DNA from: Phoronis australis
Lineage: Eukaryota > Animalia > Phoronida
NCBI GenBank assembly: GCA_002633005.1
Contig: NMRA01000355.1
Coordinates: 73,390 to 137,389 of the forward strand
DNA: 64,000 bases
Direction: 5' to 3'
In this document: piece after piece, positions 13,350 to 25,632 of the stretch
Numbering within the stretch: position 1 is the first letter of the stretch
Layout: every line of letters starts with the position of its first letter
Notes under the pieces: generated by a model
Told to the model about the DNA's origin: nothing
Seen by the model: the letters and a program-made list of their open reading frames with translations, nothing else
The model's database searches: none
Position numbers and translations under genes: made by a program

Positions 13350-16300
13350 GTAAGTTGGTTTCTATTAATAAAAAGCGAGGCGACAAAGCAACTGCTTGTC
13401 AAATTTCAACGACTGAAAACGTCAACTGTCAGCATAGTTGTGTTACCTGGAATACAGGCACCAGTATTGTGGCTGACAATACTTCGTTTCAACATCGCGC
13501 AATGCGGATAGAGTACGATTGTGGTTAACCTTGCCCTGGTTGTTTTTTTGAGTAACGAAATCAAATATTATTATCACCCGAACAATGACATTGGTTAAAC
13601 ATTTAGTTAAAATGGAAAAACTAAAATTACATATCTTCGATGTTTTGCCTTTAATATATAGAATGTGTAAGTCAACTGACAAAATACAAGTCGTGACATT
13701 GTCATAAGACCAACGTATCGGCACCGGACTTTTTGCCCATGTCAATCGTTTTGGTCAAAGTGTTGTGTCTAACATAATTGATTTATAAACGTAACAGACC
13801 AAAGAAGGTCAAATAATGAAAGATCACTGACATAACTATCATTGTCAGATATTAACCTTGGGCTAGCTATGTTTTGTGATTGTGCTTGGATGGATTGGGA
13901 ATGATTAAATCCAGTAATTAATTATTAACTTAATTCTATATTAACCACAAATTAAAACAATTAAAACCTGTACTGCGACGGCGTACTTGCTGGCTGCAGT
14001 AATTCATGACGCAACACAAGTCTGTATTATCGCTCTACCCACGAGACACTACGCTGGCCAATGTCCTAGTTTCGTGACGCAACGACATGTTTAGGCAGTA
14101 TCCGATTATCCACAATTTCTATTTCTGGTCACAGTTCGTCGTGACGCAACACGTGTAGGCAGTATCCAACTACCCACAATGCAAGTGACTGACTCTTAGT
14201 TAACTTCCTGATCATTAATCCCTGCCCTTGTCCAGATCCTCTTTAGAATCTTCTGTTGTACTATTTCTTCGATAAACTGAAGCATGTCCTGTAGGTTCAA
14301 CTACTGACAGAATCCCAGTATTCTGCTCAAATCATAATAATACACATACTTAACGATTGGCTAATAAAAACAACATGATCTTATCTACACAGATCATTGG
14401 CTGTTACATCATATAAAAGCACGCGTAAGCATCAAAAGAACATGTGAACAAGATTGACACTATGGTTAAAAAATACAAGTGCGCAAATTTTGAGCAAATT
14501 CAATGGAATTTATTCACCAAATTTCAAAATCATCATTTATTCTGACAGTTTGATCTCCTTGGATTTCATGCAGTACAGATTCTCTTGTGTTCCCTCTGAC
14601 TATATATGTTGTTATCCGCGGAATCTGAATGCGACTTTCGGTTAGCTGTTGTCTATGACTGTTAACCTACTGCCCCGTGACTGTACAGTATGTCTTACGA
14701 CGCGTAAAATTAGATTTATAGAGCTATGAACTTCTCCATGGATCGTTTCTTCGTTAAGTCTTTCTTGCTTGAGTCAAACGTTAACTATTACTTGATTTAT
14801 TACGGAAATAAATTTCCCTTCACAACGATCTCAATTGGCATACCGTCAGCAATTAATGTGTGCTGTCATAGATTGAAATTACATTCAAATACCTCCGCTC
14901 TTTTTAACATGTGTTGTCAATCCGTCAAAAGCTTGTCAGACAAACAAGCTCTATTGTTAAGAATGAAAATTGTAGAAGTGAAATTAAGATCCGGATTGTG
15001 AAACAACCCAAGGCCGATTTTTTGTTTAGAGAATTAACTGGTAAGGAACGGCTATTGACTTATTTCATACCCAGGATCATAGATGTGTATCCCTGGAATG
15101 ACAACTTTGATCTCGCGCTATAGAGTCTGCGCCGCGCATGCGCGAATCTTGTTTGCGTCTGTTTGTTCCGGTGCGGGTTCTTGCCTTAGAATTTGGTGCC
15201 ATTGAAATTTTTCGCATCTCCGCCGGTTTTTAAACCATACTGTATACGAGTCGAAAGTCTTTTATCAGTTCTTTATGGTGTATAATTATACTGAGAGAAA
15301 AAGATAAGCAACTAAATTTGTAAGTAAATGTCATCTTGTATACCTGACAGCTTCAGAAATATTTTTCCACTTTTAAAAACCAAGAGTTGTACCAAAATGC
15401 GAAAAATAACACGGTGCATTGGTAACATAAAAAGGAATGAACCAGAGTAGTTTTGTTAAAGATTAGATAAACTAACAGGGAATAATCCCGACGTTTCAAA
15501 ATATTCTACCCTATAAAGACACAGGTTATAGACTACGTATCCCGCTCGTTTGTTGTGAAGAATCTCTATAATTATGTCAATGGGATTTTTGATGCCATTT
15601 GATATTCTTCAGTAAAACTTCAGGAAGCAGTAGTAATCACAATTATGTTGTAAACTAATCACTCGAACTATCTATCCAAAATTGTCAGACACATGTTTTC
15701 TGACAGATAGAAATTCGGCATCTAGCTTTGATGAATATAGTGTACGTCATCAATTATATACGTTGGCGCACCTGGGGGGTCGAAGGACTCGAATGAGCTC
15801 CCCGATTTGGCGAATTGGGCAAAAAGGTCCGTCTCAGTGAAACAAAAAGACCAAGTAAACGAGACAAAAGGTCCTCAAGGTCCACAGGACTTCGGCGCGG
15901 ATGCACAATTCGTAGGCCTGAACTTAGTGGCGCCTTTTTTAATTTTTAAGTTTTTTTCAGTAAAACATCCGCATATCGAAAATCGAAAAATTCGAGCACC
16001 CCCCTATATTTTAGGCTGGGTGCACTCATGATATATAGTATTTTTTCTGGCTTGGGCTCTGCTTGTAAGCATCGCGATAGGTTGTGAAGACTCGCGTGCT
16101 CTTGTTTTTGTCTAAACAGATTAACATGATACATTGTAAATAAAATGCAATGATACGTTTTTTTATGTTATTAAGTTTAGTGGTCTCTGGAAAATAACAA
16201 TACCACAATATCAGCTTCGAATGGCTAATAGACCCGTTTAATAACCCATTTAGTTATTTCACTACGTTAAATTACATTTTTGCGGGAAACGGAGGCCGAT

Positions 16301-19300
16301 TTCGAACCCGGTGCACCAGAGTCTTAGGCTTTACCACTGCACCACTCAGCAGCTAACATCATTGAACATGAAAATAAAATACTTAAATGAGCACGCGCAA
16401 CAATCGCATGTTCAACAAACGGCATTGTACCGAAATTTGTACGCTATGGAAAATATGACGCGAAATTTCAAAAAATGACATCTTTAATTCAGTAAAATTC
16501 GTCAGTCCTTTGTGGTTAAAACGATAAGTGCACAAAGTCTGCCCAAATGTTAGCCAAAACTGACTTGATTTATCAGTTCAATTGCCCTCACAACGAATGT
16601 ATTGGTTCAAAAAACTGATTGCTCGAAATACGTTGGTTATACAATTTGCACTTTGTCTCGTTGGCTATCTATGCATTAACAAAATGGATTCATTAAAGAT
16701 CACTTTCAAACACTCCACAAAAAGAAAATTTCCCGTTCAGATATTGTTGACATTACCATCTTCAGGTATTTCGAACGTGACTCCTTTCGTTTGAAAATAC
16801 TCGAAGCTTTAATAATAAAAACTGAAATTCCAGACACAAATTCCCAAGCTACTGGGTTCCGTCGCACCTTGTTGTTATATAAATAATGTCCATATGCTGT
16901 AACGCCTATGTATTTTATTAAATTTCCCCTCGTTGTATAGGGCATTTAATGTCCATGACAATTCCTTCTGTAATTGCGGTATTATAAATGCAACCTAATA
17001 TTCGTGTTTAACGTCATTGTTCTTGTTTCATGTATCATACACGATAGCGTTTATGGTTTTAGATTTATTTGTCTTGGATAACTGAAGTCTATTCGAAGTA
17101 CAGCAACTGTTTTACTATGAAATGTTTTTGTACAATTTTATTTTATATATAATCAAACGTTTGTTTTCGTGATGTCACTCACACTTGGTGATCTATTATT
17201 TCAACTGCCGTCCGAAGAAAGACATTTATGTAGGCAATACGAAAGTTTGTTGAACAAACTATCAGCTTAATTTCCAATGAAGCATATTGTATGTGTGTAT
17301 ACACACTGTATATATAAGATAGACCACTGACGTATATATTTATAGACATATATCTAAATATGTTTCATTGAAAATATATAAACATATTTAGGATAGAGCA
17401 ATTAATGACTGTAAGTGTTGTATGGTCTGGGCACTACCTTATTAAGTATTCAGCTTTTAAGACTTAAAAGTCTTTTTTCGAAGCTCATTAATTTGAGAAA
17501 AGCTCATTTCAGATGTGAAGGTGTTTGCCTCTTTCGTCAGTCACGAGCTCAGAAATTGAGATTGTGGACAGCCATTTTGATGTGGCCGCCTCCACTTGTT
17601 TCGTTGGAAATGGTACATATATTTTCAAACAGTATATATACTTATATTATTTCTTGCTCAGAACAGAGACAGAAATCAGAGATAGTGTTAAAGATGACTT
17701 GCTGTACAAGATAAAAAGAGTAATGAATATAATGTACGTCATCAATTATATACGTTGGTGCACCTGGGGGGTCGGAGGACTCGAATGAGCTCCCCCGATT
17801 TGGCGAACTGGGCAAAAAGGTCCTTCTCAGTGAAACAAAAAGACCAAGTAAACGAGAAAAAAGGTCCACAAGGTCCACAGGACTTCCGCGCGGATGCACA
17901 ATTCGTAGGCCTGAACTTAGTGGCGCCGATTTTTTTTTAATTTTTAAGTTTTTTTTCAGTAAAAGATCCGCATATCGAAAAATTCGAGCATCCCCCTATA
18001 TTTTAGGCTGGGTGCACTCATGATATAAAGTATTTTTTCTGGCTTGGGCTCTGCTTGTAAGCATCGCGATAGGTTGTGAAGACTCGCATGCTCTTGTTTT
18101 TGTCTAAACAGATTAACATGATACATTGTATCTACCGTAAACCTTATCAATGATGCAAATTGTATTAAGACGCCTCTGTTCTCTTTTCCAGGATTTGGAT
18201 TGTTGGAATCAGGCAGCGTATCGGTCAAGAACGAGGTTAACATTATGATAAAAAATGTTGTGGATGTCGTGTTTGTTGGTCTGACATTTTGGATATTTGG
18301 CTTTGGATTTGCATTTGGCGAAGATCCGAGGTTTTCAAACCCGTTCTGCGGCTGGGGACACTTCTTCACAGAGGCTTCGGATGAGGACATGGGATGGCTT
18401 TATTCACTTTTCTTTTTCCAATTGTCATTCGCTACAACTTCCACAACCATTGTCTCCGGGTGTATGGCTGAGAGAACCAAGCTCTCGGCCTACATGTTGT
18501 TTTCTCTATTAAACATGCTCGTGTATTGTTTCCCAGCCCATTGGATCTGGGCGGGAAATGGTTGGTTGAAACAGCTCGGTGCAATTGACGTGGCAGGAGC
18601 GGGGCCAGTGCACTTAGTGGGCGGAGTTACTGGTCTGGTGGCGACTATTATGATAGGACCGCGACATAACAGATTTGATGACAACGAGAAATCTTCTCAA
18701 TCTATGGGATGTCCAACAAATTCTCTCCTGGGCATGTTTATGCTTTGGTAAGTGGGTGTTTCTTGGCGACTACATCCAGAGCGACTACACTTGCATAACA
18801 ATTTGACTGGATGATGTAGTGACGTCATGCATTTCATTTACAAGTTGTGCAGACTTCATTCGAGTCAGCGTTCTTTAATCGTAAGACTATTAAAATGGGT
18901 AAACTGCATTAATCTAGCAGTAAGTCTAAACATGAAACCCATCTAGTATTCGATTATACACTCCTGCAGTTTCGCCTTAATTTCTCTAGAAAAGCAAATT
19001 AGTTTATCGCCATTAAACCTTACGCATATCCATCTGATACAATAGGAAGCATAATGTTGAATGATTTACTCCTCGACAGGTGGGGTTGGCTTGGGTTTAA
19101 TTGCGGGAGTACCTATGGGATATCTCGAGGAAGATGGAAGATTGCTGCGCGAGCAGCCGTCACAACTCTTTGTTCGTCGATGGCCGGTGGAATATCAGGG
19201 CTTGTTGTCAGGTAAACACAACCTTTCGGTATGAAACAGATACTGTTAGATAGACAATAAACCTCCTTCTTAGTGTCGTGATTCTACACAGAGATATATT

Positions 19301-22300
19301 GCAGAGGGCAAGTTTTTCGCGTGAAAAAATGAGATCACGCAACAGCAAACCAAAATCGCGCAAGTGAAACGCATGTGCTGCAACAGTAAACTCGAGGTCT
19401 TACTTGCGTAGACAAGCAGACAAAAGTCATGTTTTCAGTGAAGCGATTGGAGGTGGGATCGGAATGTATATATTATGTCAGAAAATGCACGGTTTCAAAA
19501 TCAGTTATTTAAAATAAAAAATAATACTCAATTGTTTTAATTATTTTGAAATAGCGACTTTCGTGTGACATTTGGAAATCTGTTTCGCACTCCCATAATT
19601 TTGATAAGCAAGTGTGACTTCAATTCATTTGCAGTTCTTCAACAACTTGAACTGTGTCAGCGTCTTTGCCTGTACGTAGACCTGGACGTATATGAGTGCG
19701 TTTTGTTTTCTTGCAGCTTCTTCGTTAAAAAACGAAAATTCGATGTCGGATTTTTGATCAACTCCATTCTGGGTTCACTTGTAAGTGTTACAGGTAAGTT
19801 ATCGTCTTAGAAGTGTCCTATAAATGCCTTGGAGAGAACACATGAGGGCTAAACTCGTAATGTTTAAAGTAGCAAGTGTTATTCACACTTTCAAAGCAAC
19901 GATTGCTTGGGCATTACGTTATATACAGGCATTTTACGATCACGTTTGCGCACTTTCGAAACTTCAATCTTCCCCTCGGAAATATAACCTGCACAGGTCA
20001 TCATCCCTTTCTATCAACGATTCTCCCATCGAGAATGTTGACAAGTTTAAGTACTTGGGCCTTACTTTAGATCCCAATCTTAAATTTAATATGCACATAG
20101 ATCATATCACAAAGAAATTATCAAAGAAAATCGGTGTACTTAAACGTCTAGGCAAATTTCTTAATGTCCGTACTCTTAAAACCCTTTACCATTCTATTAT
20201 TCAGCCTCATTTTGATTATTGTTTACCGGTTTGGGGGCACACTAGTGACACACTTCTAAACAAAGTCCAACTAATCCAAAATAGAGCCGCCAGGGCTATC
20301 CTGGGTACTAAAATTAGGGACACTAGGGTTGACGATTTGTACTCCAAGCTGGGATTTATGAAAGTAAGACAAAGAAATAAATATCTCTCTGCCTGTTTTA
20401 CATGTATATACAGATGTATCAATGGCTTGGCTCCAGCATATCTCAGCAGTAAATTCAATAGCAGTCAGGCTGTTTATTCTACACGTTCTTCTGTTGCTGA
20501 CAATGTTTCTTCTAAAAAAAATAAAACCGAGACGGGCAAGAGATCTTTTATCTACAATGTATGCAGCTGCTATAATATGGAATTCTTTTAGCCCAGAAAA
20601 CAAACGGTCCAATTCAATTACTACCTTTAAAGATAATGTTAAAAAGTGGCTGTCATTTACTTTACCTTTTATACCCTGCCTGTCTTAATCATGTCATTTT
20701 TTCATTGTCGTAAATACTCTCATTGTCTAGAGTCATCTCTTAATTTATTTGATCTCTCTTAGTTAATTTTTTACTTTTATTTGTCATTTGGTTATTGTCT
20801 TAATTCTCTACCTTAACTGTTTTAATTGTATCTTTGCAACGTATACTTCATTGTTGTTTTATTACTTCATTGTATTATATTATTGTTTTTCTTGTTGAGG
20901 GCCCTCTTGGAAAGCAGTGCTATTACTGAAGAGGCCACCCTCATTTTAAATATCACGATAATAAATAAATTCGGTGGCGGAATGCGATTTTCATTTACTA
21001 CTGATGCCCGCTTTCTACACAATGTCATTGTCTGATACGATTTCGCGTACGACTGAACTTTACGTAGAGAGAGTGGCGATGCTGAAAGGAAAAAAATCAA
21101 CAACTGACGTCGTTAAGCAGTATTATTGGCACGCCACTTGGGTCATTCAAACTATTAACTATGCTTCGTACAAAGAAAACACGGACCGATTGATCATAGT
21201 GACCACGTGTTTGAGGGGACGTCGAAGAAAAACTGGACATATTCTAAGGTCAAATATCACCAAACTGGAATTTTGTCCACAAAACGCATTGTATATACAA
21301 AACACGCAACATCTTAATCATTTCAGAAAGCGCACAGTGTATTGTAGTCTTAGTACTAGGTCAGTTGCGAAATTTTTAGGAGTTTCCATGACTACCAGAA
21401 TCCTGCATAACAATGTGACTGAGTAGAGCAAAGACAACGTAGTGCTTGACGCTTAGTTTGACGCTTAGTTTGACGCTTAGTTTGACGCTGGTCTCAGAAA
21501 GTTACGCGTATCTAATCAATGCATCCTCGTATAACATGTATAGTTTTCAATCTCGCCTCGTTCCTCCTACCAACGAAGAACATATACAATGCAAACGCGT
21601 GTTTAGTAGTCTGATCTTACCCCATTTTTGCAGAACAAATCCCACTTCCGTTTGTCTACTTCGTGTTGTACTTTTTCACGTTTGATTTGTGCTAACTGCT
21701 GAGGCTGGCAAATACACTGAGTTCACGAAATAAGGGTAAAATTGTGAACCAAAGATATTAAAACTAAAAATATTGTTTGGAATTTAAAGTTTGGAATTCA
21801 CCACAAATTTGGCGAGTTTCGGGGGAATTATTCTCTGAATTTGATCCCAGCTGTGGTGACTGTGTGGCGGCTTGAGATTTTCAAAGGTCGCCAAAACAAT
21901 CTGAAGTCACATTGGTGACCTACAAATCGAGCAGAGGAAAATGTGTGTAATTCACTGCGATAAGAAGTAACGCGTTAAGAAATTGTCTTGTCTGTGTACA
22001 GTTATGTCATTGCATCTTAATATTGACTGTCTAAGATATTTAGACAATATTAAGGATATCGAAACGTCATAATATGAAGCACGGCGTCTTGTTTTCGCTT
22101 CAATTTTACACAACGCATTTTCCACAATTTGAATTTATTTGGGTGCTGATCAATTCCTTGCAGGGTCTTGTGCACTGCTCCATCCTTGGGAGTCGTTCAT
22201 TATTGGGGCTGTAGGTGGAGCCATTGCTGTAGCAGGAACCATACTCCTAGATAAGGTTAAAGTGGATGATCCGGCAGGTGTCATTCCAGTGCATTGTATG

Positions 22301-25300
22301 GCTGCTATCTGGGGCATACTGAGCACTGGCCTGTTCCCTGATAAGGTGAGACACTTAATACATCGAGTGTTTAAAATCAGACTGTTGTTTTATTTTAGTT
22401 TACGTTAGGTTTCTATGTTAAATAATTGACCCAACAGGCTTCTACTCTGGCCTGTATTCTGGTTTAGATAAGCTCACTTAGATACCGAGATTTTTCTGAA
22501 AGACGACTAAATGTCGCACAGAGGCTTGTTCCATGTCGTTTCTTGGATTACACCCGTCACAGTACTGGTAAAATAGTCGTATTGAGGAAATTCTTACACA
22601 AAATAGCTTAGTGCACAATTTTTGCATCTTATGAACTAAATTAAGGATTAGAAAATATCTGTACCATCCCGATATTGACCAATTACAGCACGGTATTCTT
22701 TACAACGCAGTCTGCTTTGATATCCATCTCCGTTTTGGTCACGTAGTCAACGACACAGGCATTTTGCTAACACGGTCAGCCATCTGTATTTAGCTTATTG
22801 CTCCAACCTTCAGCATCCCTAATTGCACTCTGCATGGACATTTTAATCTATTGTCACTGGGTGAGTCCACCGTCGATGTTTGTTCTTGCCCATGTGTTCA
22901 CTTAGGCCAGCACCGTACATGTGGTACCCGTACATGTATAAGCCTTCATGTACACAGTCGTTCAGTCTCGCTAAAGGTACATGTAGTTGCGTTTTTAGGG
23001 CCACGGTAAGTGCCATCACAGTGTGACGTCATGCAAGACATGTATGTTGCTCTCCACGCATATTGGGGGCGACAATGTGTGCTGTAAACGCCGACACATA
23101 TTGCAAAAATATACATTGAATGTCGATATTGACGGCATATATTGTGATGTTGATAAACATATATCGCCATGCTTAGCTGGTTGAAAATCAAATTATCCCC
23201 TTTAACTCTGATAAACTGGCCTCGCGATGTTCCTTACCTTGACAAGTTTCCGTTTCCTTTGCCAACACGATGATCGAAGCAACCAGCGATTCATAAAAAC
23301 GGCAATTAGCAACCATTGACTGTGACTTGACGTGGTAATGGAAAATAATGTTATGAAACCAATATGATTAGAAGAAAAGGTCTAATTTGACTTTAATTAA
23401 TCCAGCTTTATGGGCGAACTATCGAGAATGCATTATCACTTTTATTTCTCCAAAGGAGGATATTTTATCGCTGACTTATGGTCGACGTGGTTTGTTCAAG
23501 GGCGGAGGGTTCTACCTGCTAGGAGTGCAGACTTTGACCGTTGTCGCTCTTACCTTCTGGTCAGCTCTGACCTCGTTCTTGCTTCTGAAGGTATGTAGGC
23601 TTATGTAACGCTCTCGGGGGCGATAGTATTTCATTTTCAGAAACGAAGAGTTTCTACGACGACAATCTCCATCGCCAAGTTAGCTCCGTTTCCGCTCTGA
23701 GTGTACATGAATTGTATCATACTATACTGTTTTTCGCGTTGAGTGCCCGGATGGTGAACTGCACGTAATGCATCAGTAAGCGTACTCACGTGCTTAGTTG
23801 TAAGTTTGAAAGTGACCAACCTGTCAGCAAAACTATTAAAAAATCAAGAAAAGACTGAGCATTGAACTGATTCACTATCATATTTCTCCGAACTTGGCTC
23901 TCCAATAGCGTCTGTGTAATTTTGCGAAGAGTATGACAAGAATTCTTATCAGGAGTGTGTGCTGTCGAACTGGGTGAATAGTGAGTCTACATGTACATAA
24001 ATGCATTCTTTACGATACTTTGTCCAAACAACAACTCTATCATCCAAACACTGAGTTGTTTTATGAAATACAAAAGGCGTGGGCCAACTTAAATATGGAC
24101 AAGCCTAAAGGTAGTAGTTAGATGTATATGCACATGGTGAACATGTTCCTTCCATTTCTAAAATGACGAAGATAAACGCAATGACATGCACGCACCCCGT
24201 CTAAGGAATGGGGGAGCTCGAATTTTTGGAAATGTGGACCTTTTACTAAGATTGGCGGGTTACGTTCAGATCTATGAATTTTGTATTCCCCCAATTTTGG
24301 TATTTCCTGCCTTTTTAGTGGACTTTGGCTCGTTTTCTACTTCTTTCGGAGTTTCTGTTTCTCTTATGCTGAGCTTTTTGCCCACTTTGTCAATGAGAGA
24401 TGCTCGTTCGAGCCCCCGAGCTCCCCCCTCCTCTGAGTGTGCCCGTGCATAAACACTAGCACATTTGAGAAAGAATACGGCAGAGGGGCAGCTGAAGTCG
24501 TAAATGGCNTACGATACTTTGTCCAAACAACAACTCTATCATCCAAACACTGAGTTGTTTTATGAAATACAAAAGGCGTGGGCCAACTTAAATATGGACA
24601 AGCCTAAAGGTAATAGTTAGATGCATATGCACATGGTGAACATGTTCCTTCCATTTCTAAAATGACGAAGATAAACGCAATGACATGCGCGCACCCCGTC
24701 TAAGGAATGGGGGAGCTCGAATTTTTGGAAATGTGGACCTTTTACTAAGATTGGCGGGTTACGTTCAGATCTATGAATTTTGTATTCCCCCAATTTTGGT
24801 ATTTCCTGCCTTTTTAGTGGACTTTGGCTCGTTTTCTACTTCTTTCGGAGTTTCTGTTTCTCTTATGCTGAGCTTTTTGCCCACTTTGTCAATGAGAGAT
24901 GCTCGTTCGAGCCCCCGAGCTCCCCCCTCCTCTGGGTGTGCCCGTGCATAAACACTAGCACATTTGAGAAAGAATACGGCAGAGGGGCAGCTGAAGTCGT
25001 AAATGGCTATGTAGGCAATAGGCATATATTATGCCAAGTATTTCTTATGTCGTGTTTGGGTCCCTGGCTCCTTACAGTTCGTTAATGTCACATTTATATG
25101 TACATAACGTTATGATTGAACAAAGTATAAATGCTGGTACAGTCTTATCCTTGGTTACCGTCTTTTGCAGGTGATCGATTTAACTATAGGTTTACGCGTG
25201 AGCCTTGGAGAAGAGATATTGGGAGCTGATTGGTGTGAGCACGGAATTGGGGATTACTCTGACGGCGATGAGCCAATCACAGACGGCGAGAAGAACAGAT

Positions 25301-25632
25301 TCAACTGTCCATCAATTTTCGACTTGAAAAAGTTGAAGAAGAGGAATCATTCCTCTCGTAGTCGAAGGTCGGGATACGGGCACCGGAGTAGTCTTGAGTA
25401 CAATGATGCCCACGTGCGTCGCCGTAGATCTCAATTATCGCCGTCGATCTCGAGCGCTTTGATGGAGAGTTCCGGAACCGCAAAGGCCAACCGTAACTTC
25501 ATTGATCCAAACAGTCGCTGGGTTTTCACTGTAGTTCACGGACAAGACTTTTCAAGTAAGGCAACTTCTAACGATGTCCATCAACAACAATTACAGGTTC
25601 AAGAGCCAGGCGCTTCAGGAGGATTTCCGTAG
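13226..25632 (+). CDS. Amt: Ammonium transporter gene A (Amt/Mep/Rh family, Amt type), spliced CDS join(13226-13349,18192-18747,19080-19211,19717-19793,22164-22345,23456-23590,25171-25632), 555 aa
   Basis: Seven exons with GT..AG introns and compatible phases (124+556+132+77+182+135+462=1668 nt). Amt motifs: WDDATWILTSSFVIFTMQSGFGLLESG, FFQLSFA, ERTKL, AHWIW, DVAGAGPVHLVGG, GPR, LWWGWLGFNCGST, DDPAGVIPVH, GLRVS..EEILGAD..EHG. Confidence 0.95.
13385..14560 (+). repeat. Intron-1 segment of gene A homologous to 42360-43830; contains three ~65-bp internal repeats (TGACGCAAC core)
   Basis: Colinear matches, e.g. CTCTTAGTTAACTT, TGCCCTTG, AGATCCTCTT, GCTAATAAAA, AACAAGATTGAC. Confidence 0.8.
15731..16138 (+). 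repeat. ~408-bp direct repeat, copy 1 (contains MITE family A, 15761-16030)
   Basis: Near-identical to 17723-18130. Confidence 0.92.
16291..16354 (-). mobile_element. tRNA-derived SINE head or tRNA-like remnant
   Basis: Minus strand has A-box-like TGGTGCAGTGG and B-box-like GGTTCGAAATC; no intact cloverleaf. Confidence 0.55.
16520..17260 (+). mobile_element. Penelope-like element remnant (GIY-YIG endonuclease C-terminus plus 3' region)
   Basis: Translation with one frameshift and one stop: DLIYQFNCPHNEC...KYVGYTICTLSRWLSMH*QNGFIKDHF...KISRSDIVDITIFRYFERDSFRLKILEALII...RTLLLYK*. Confidence 0.75.
17723..18130 (+). repeat. ~408-bp direct repeat, copy 2, ending about 60 nt upstream of exon 2
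   Basis: Near-identical to 15731-16138, with a few SNPs and indels. Confidence 0.92.
18192..18747 (+). CDS. Amt: Amt gene A exon 2 (GFGLLESG...GMFMLW)
   Basis: Acceptor TTTTCCAG|, donor TG|GTAAGT; matches ORF 18200-18751. Confidence 0.96.
19080..19211 (+). CDS. Amt: Amt gene A exon 3 (WGWLGFNCGSTYGISRGRWKIAARAAVTTLCSSMAGGISGLVV)
   Basis: Acceptor CGACAG|, donor AG|GTAAAC; GWLGFN..S motif; too short for the ORF track. Confidence 0.95.
19717..19793 (+). CDS. Amt: Amt gene A exon 4 (SFFVKKRKFDVGFLINSILGSLVSVT)
   Basis: Acceptor TTCTTGCAG|, donor AG|GTAAGT; 77 nt as in the paralog. Confidence 0.94.
19990..20970 (+). mobile_element. 5'-truncated CR1/L2-group LINE (RT C-terminus, 3'UTR, (AATA)n tail) in gene A intron 4
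   Basis: ORF 19824-20591: IENVDKFKYLGLTLDPNLKFNMHID..YHSIIQPHFDYC..VWG..IQNRAARAILG..NGLAPAYL; frameshifted WNS end; GAGGG..CCCTC stem then AATAAATAAA. Confidence 0.9.
21446..21489 (+). repeat. 12-bp tandem repeat (TTGACGCTTAGT) x3.7
   Basis: Direct reading. Confidence 0.95.
22164..22345 (+). CDS. Amt: Amt gene A exon 5 (GSCALLHPWES...DDPAGVIPVH...LFPDK)
   Basis: Acceptor CCTTGCAG|, donor AAG|GTGAGA; carries the second pore His. Confidence 0.95.
23456..23590 (+). CDS. Amt: Amt gene A exon 6 (EDILSLTYGRRGLFKGGGFYLLGVQ...LLLK)
   Basis: Acceptor TTCTCCAAAG|, donor AAG|GTATGT; 135 nt as in the paralog. Confidence 0.93.
24011..25007 (+). repeat. 498-bp tandem duplication across a single N (24509), probable haplotype/overlap artefact; each copy holds MITE family A (24185-24447, 24684-24946)
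   Basis: Copies differ by about 4 SNPs and meet exactly at the N. MITE termini CATGC.CGCACCC / G.GTGTGCCCGTG. Confidence 0.85.
25171..25632 (+). CDS. Amt: Amt gene A last coding exon (GLRVS..EHG plus cytosolic tail), stop TAG
   Basis: Acceptor TTTTGCAG|; matches ORF 25165-25632. Confidence 0.93.
   Translation: MIDLTIGLRVSLGEEILGADWCEHGIGDYSDGDEPITDGEKNRFNCPSIFDLKKLKKRNHSSRSRRSGYGHRSSLEYNDAHVRRRRSQLSPSISSALMESSGTAKANRNFIDPNSRWVFTVVHGQDFSSKATSNDVHQQQLQVQEPGASGGFP

Noticed and set aside
13990-14180. Regularly spaced TGACGCAAC repeats (also 43200-43390) resembling a CRISPR array
   Set aside because: The intervening sequences are themselves homologous, the context is a eukaryotic intron, and there are no cas genes; it is a minisatellite.
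16291-16354. Functional tRNA gene
   Set aside because: A and B boxes are present, but the anticodon and acceptor arms cannot be folded; treated as a SINE head.
24011-25007. Tandem duplication as a biological event (also 46759-47443)
   Set aside because: Both duplications meet exactly at a single N and differ by allele-level SNPs, typical of unmerged contig overlaps in a heterozygous assembly.
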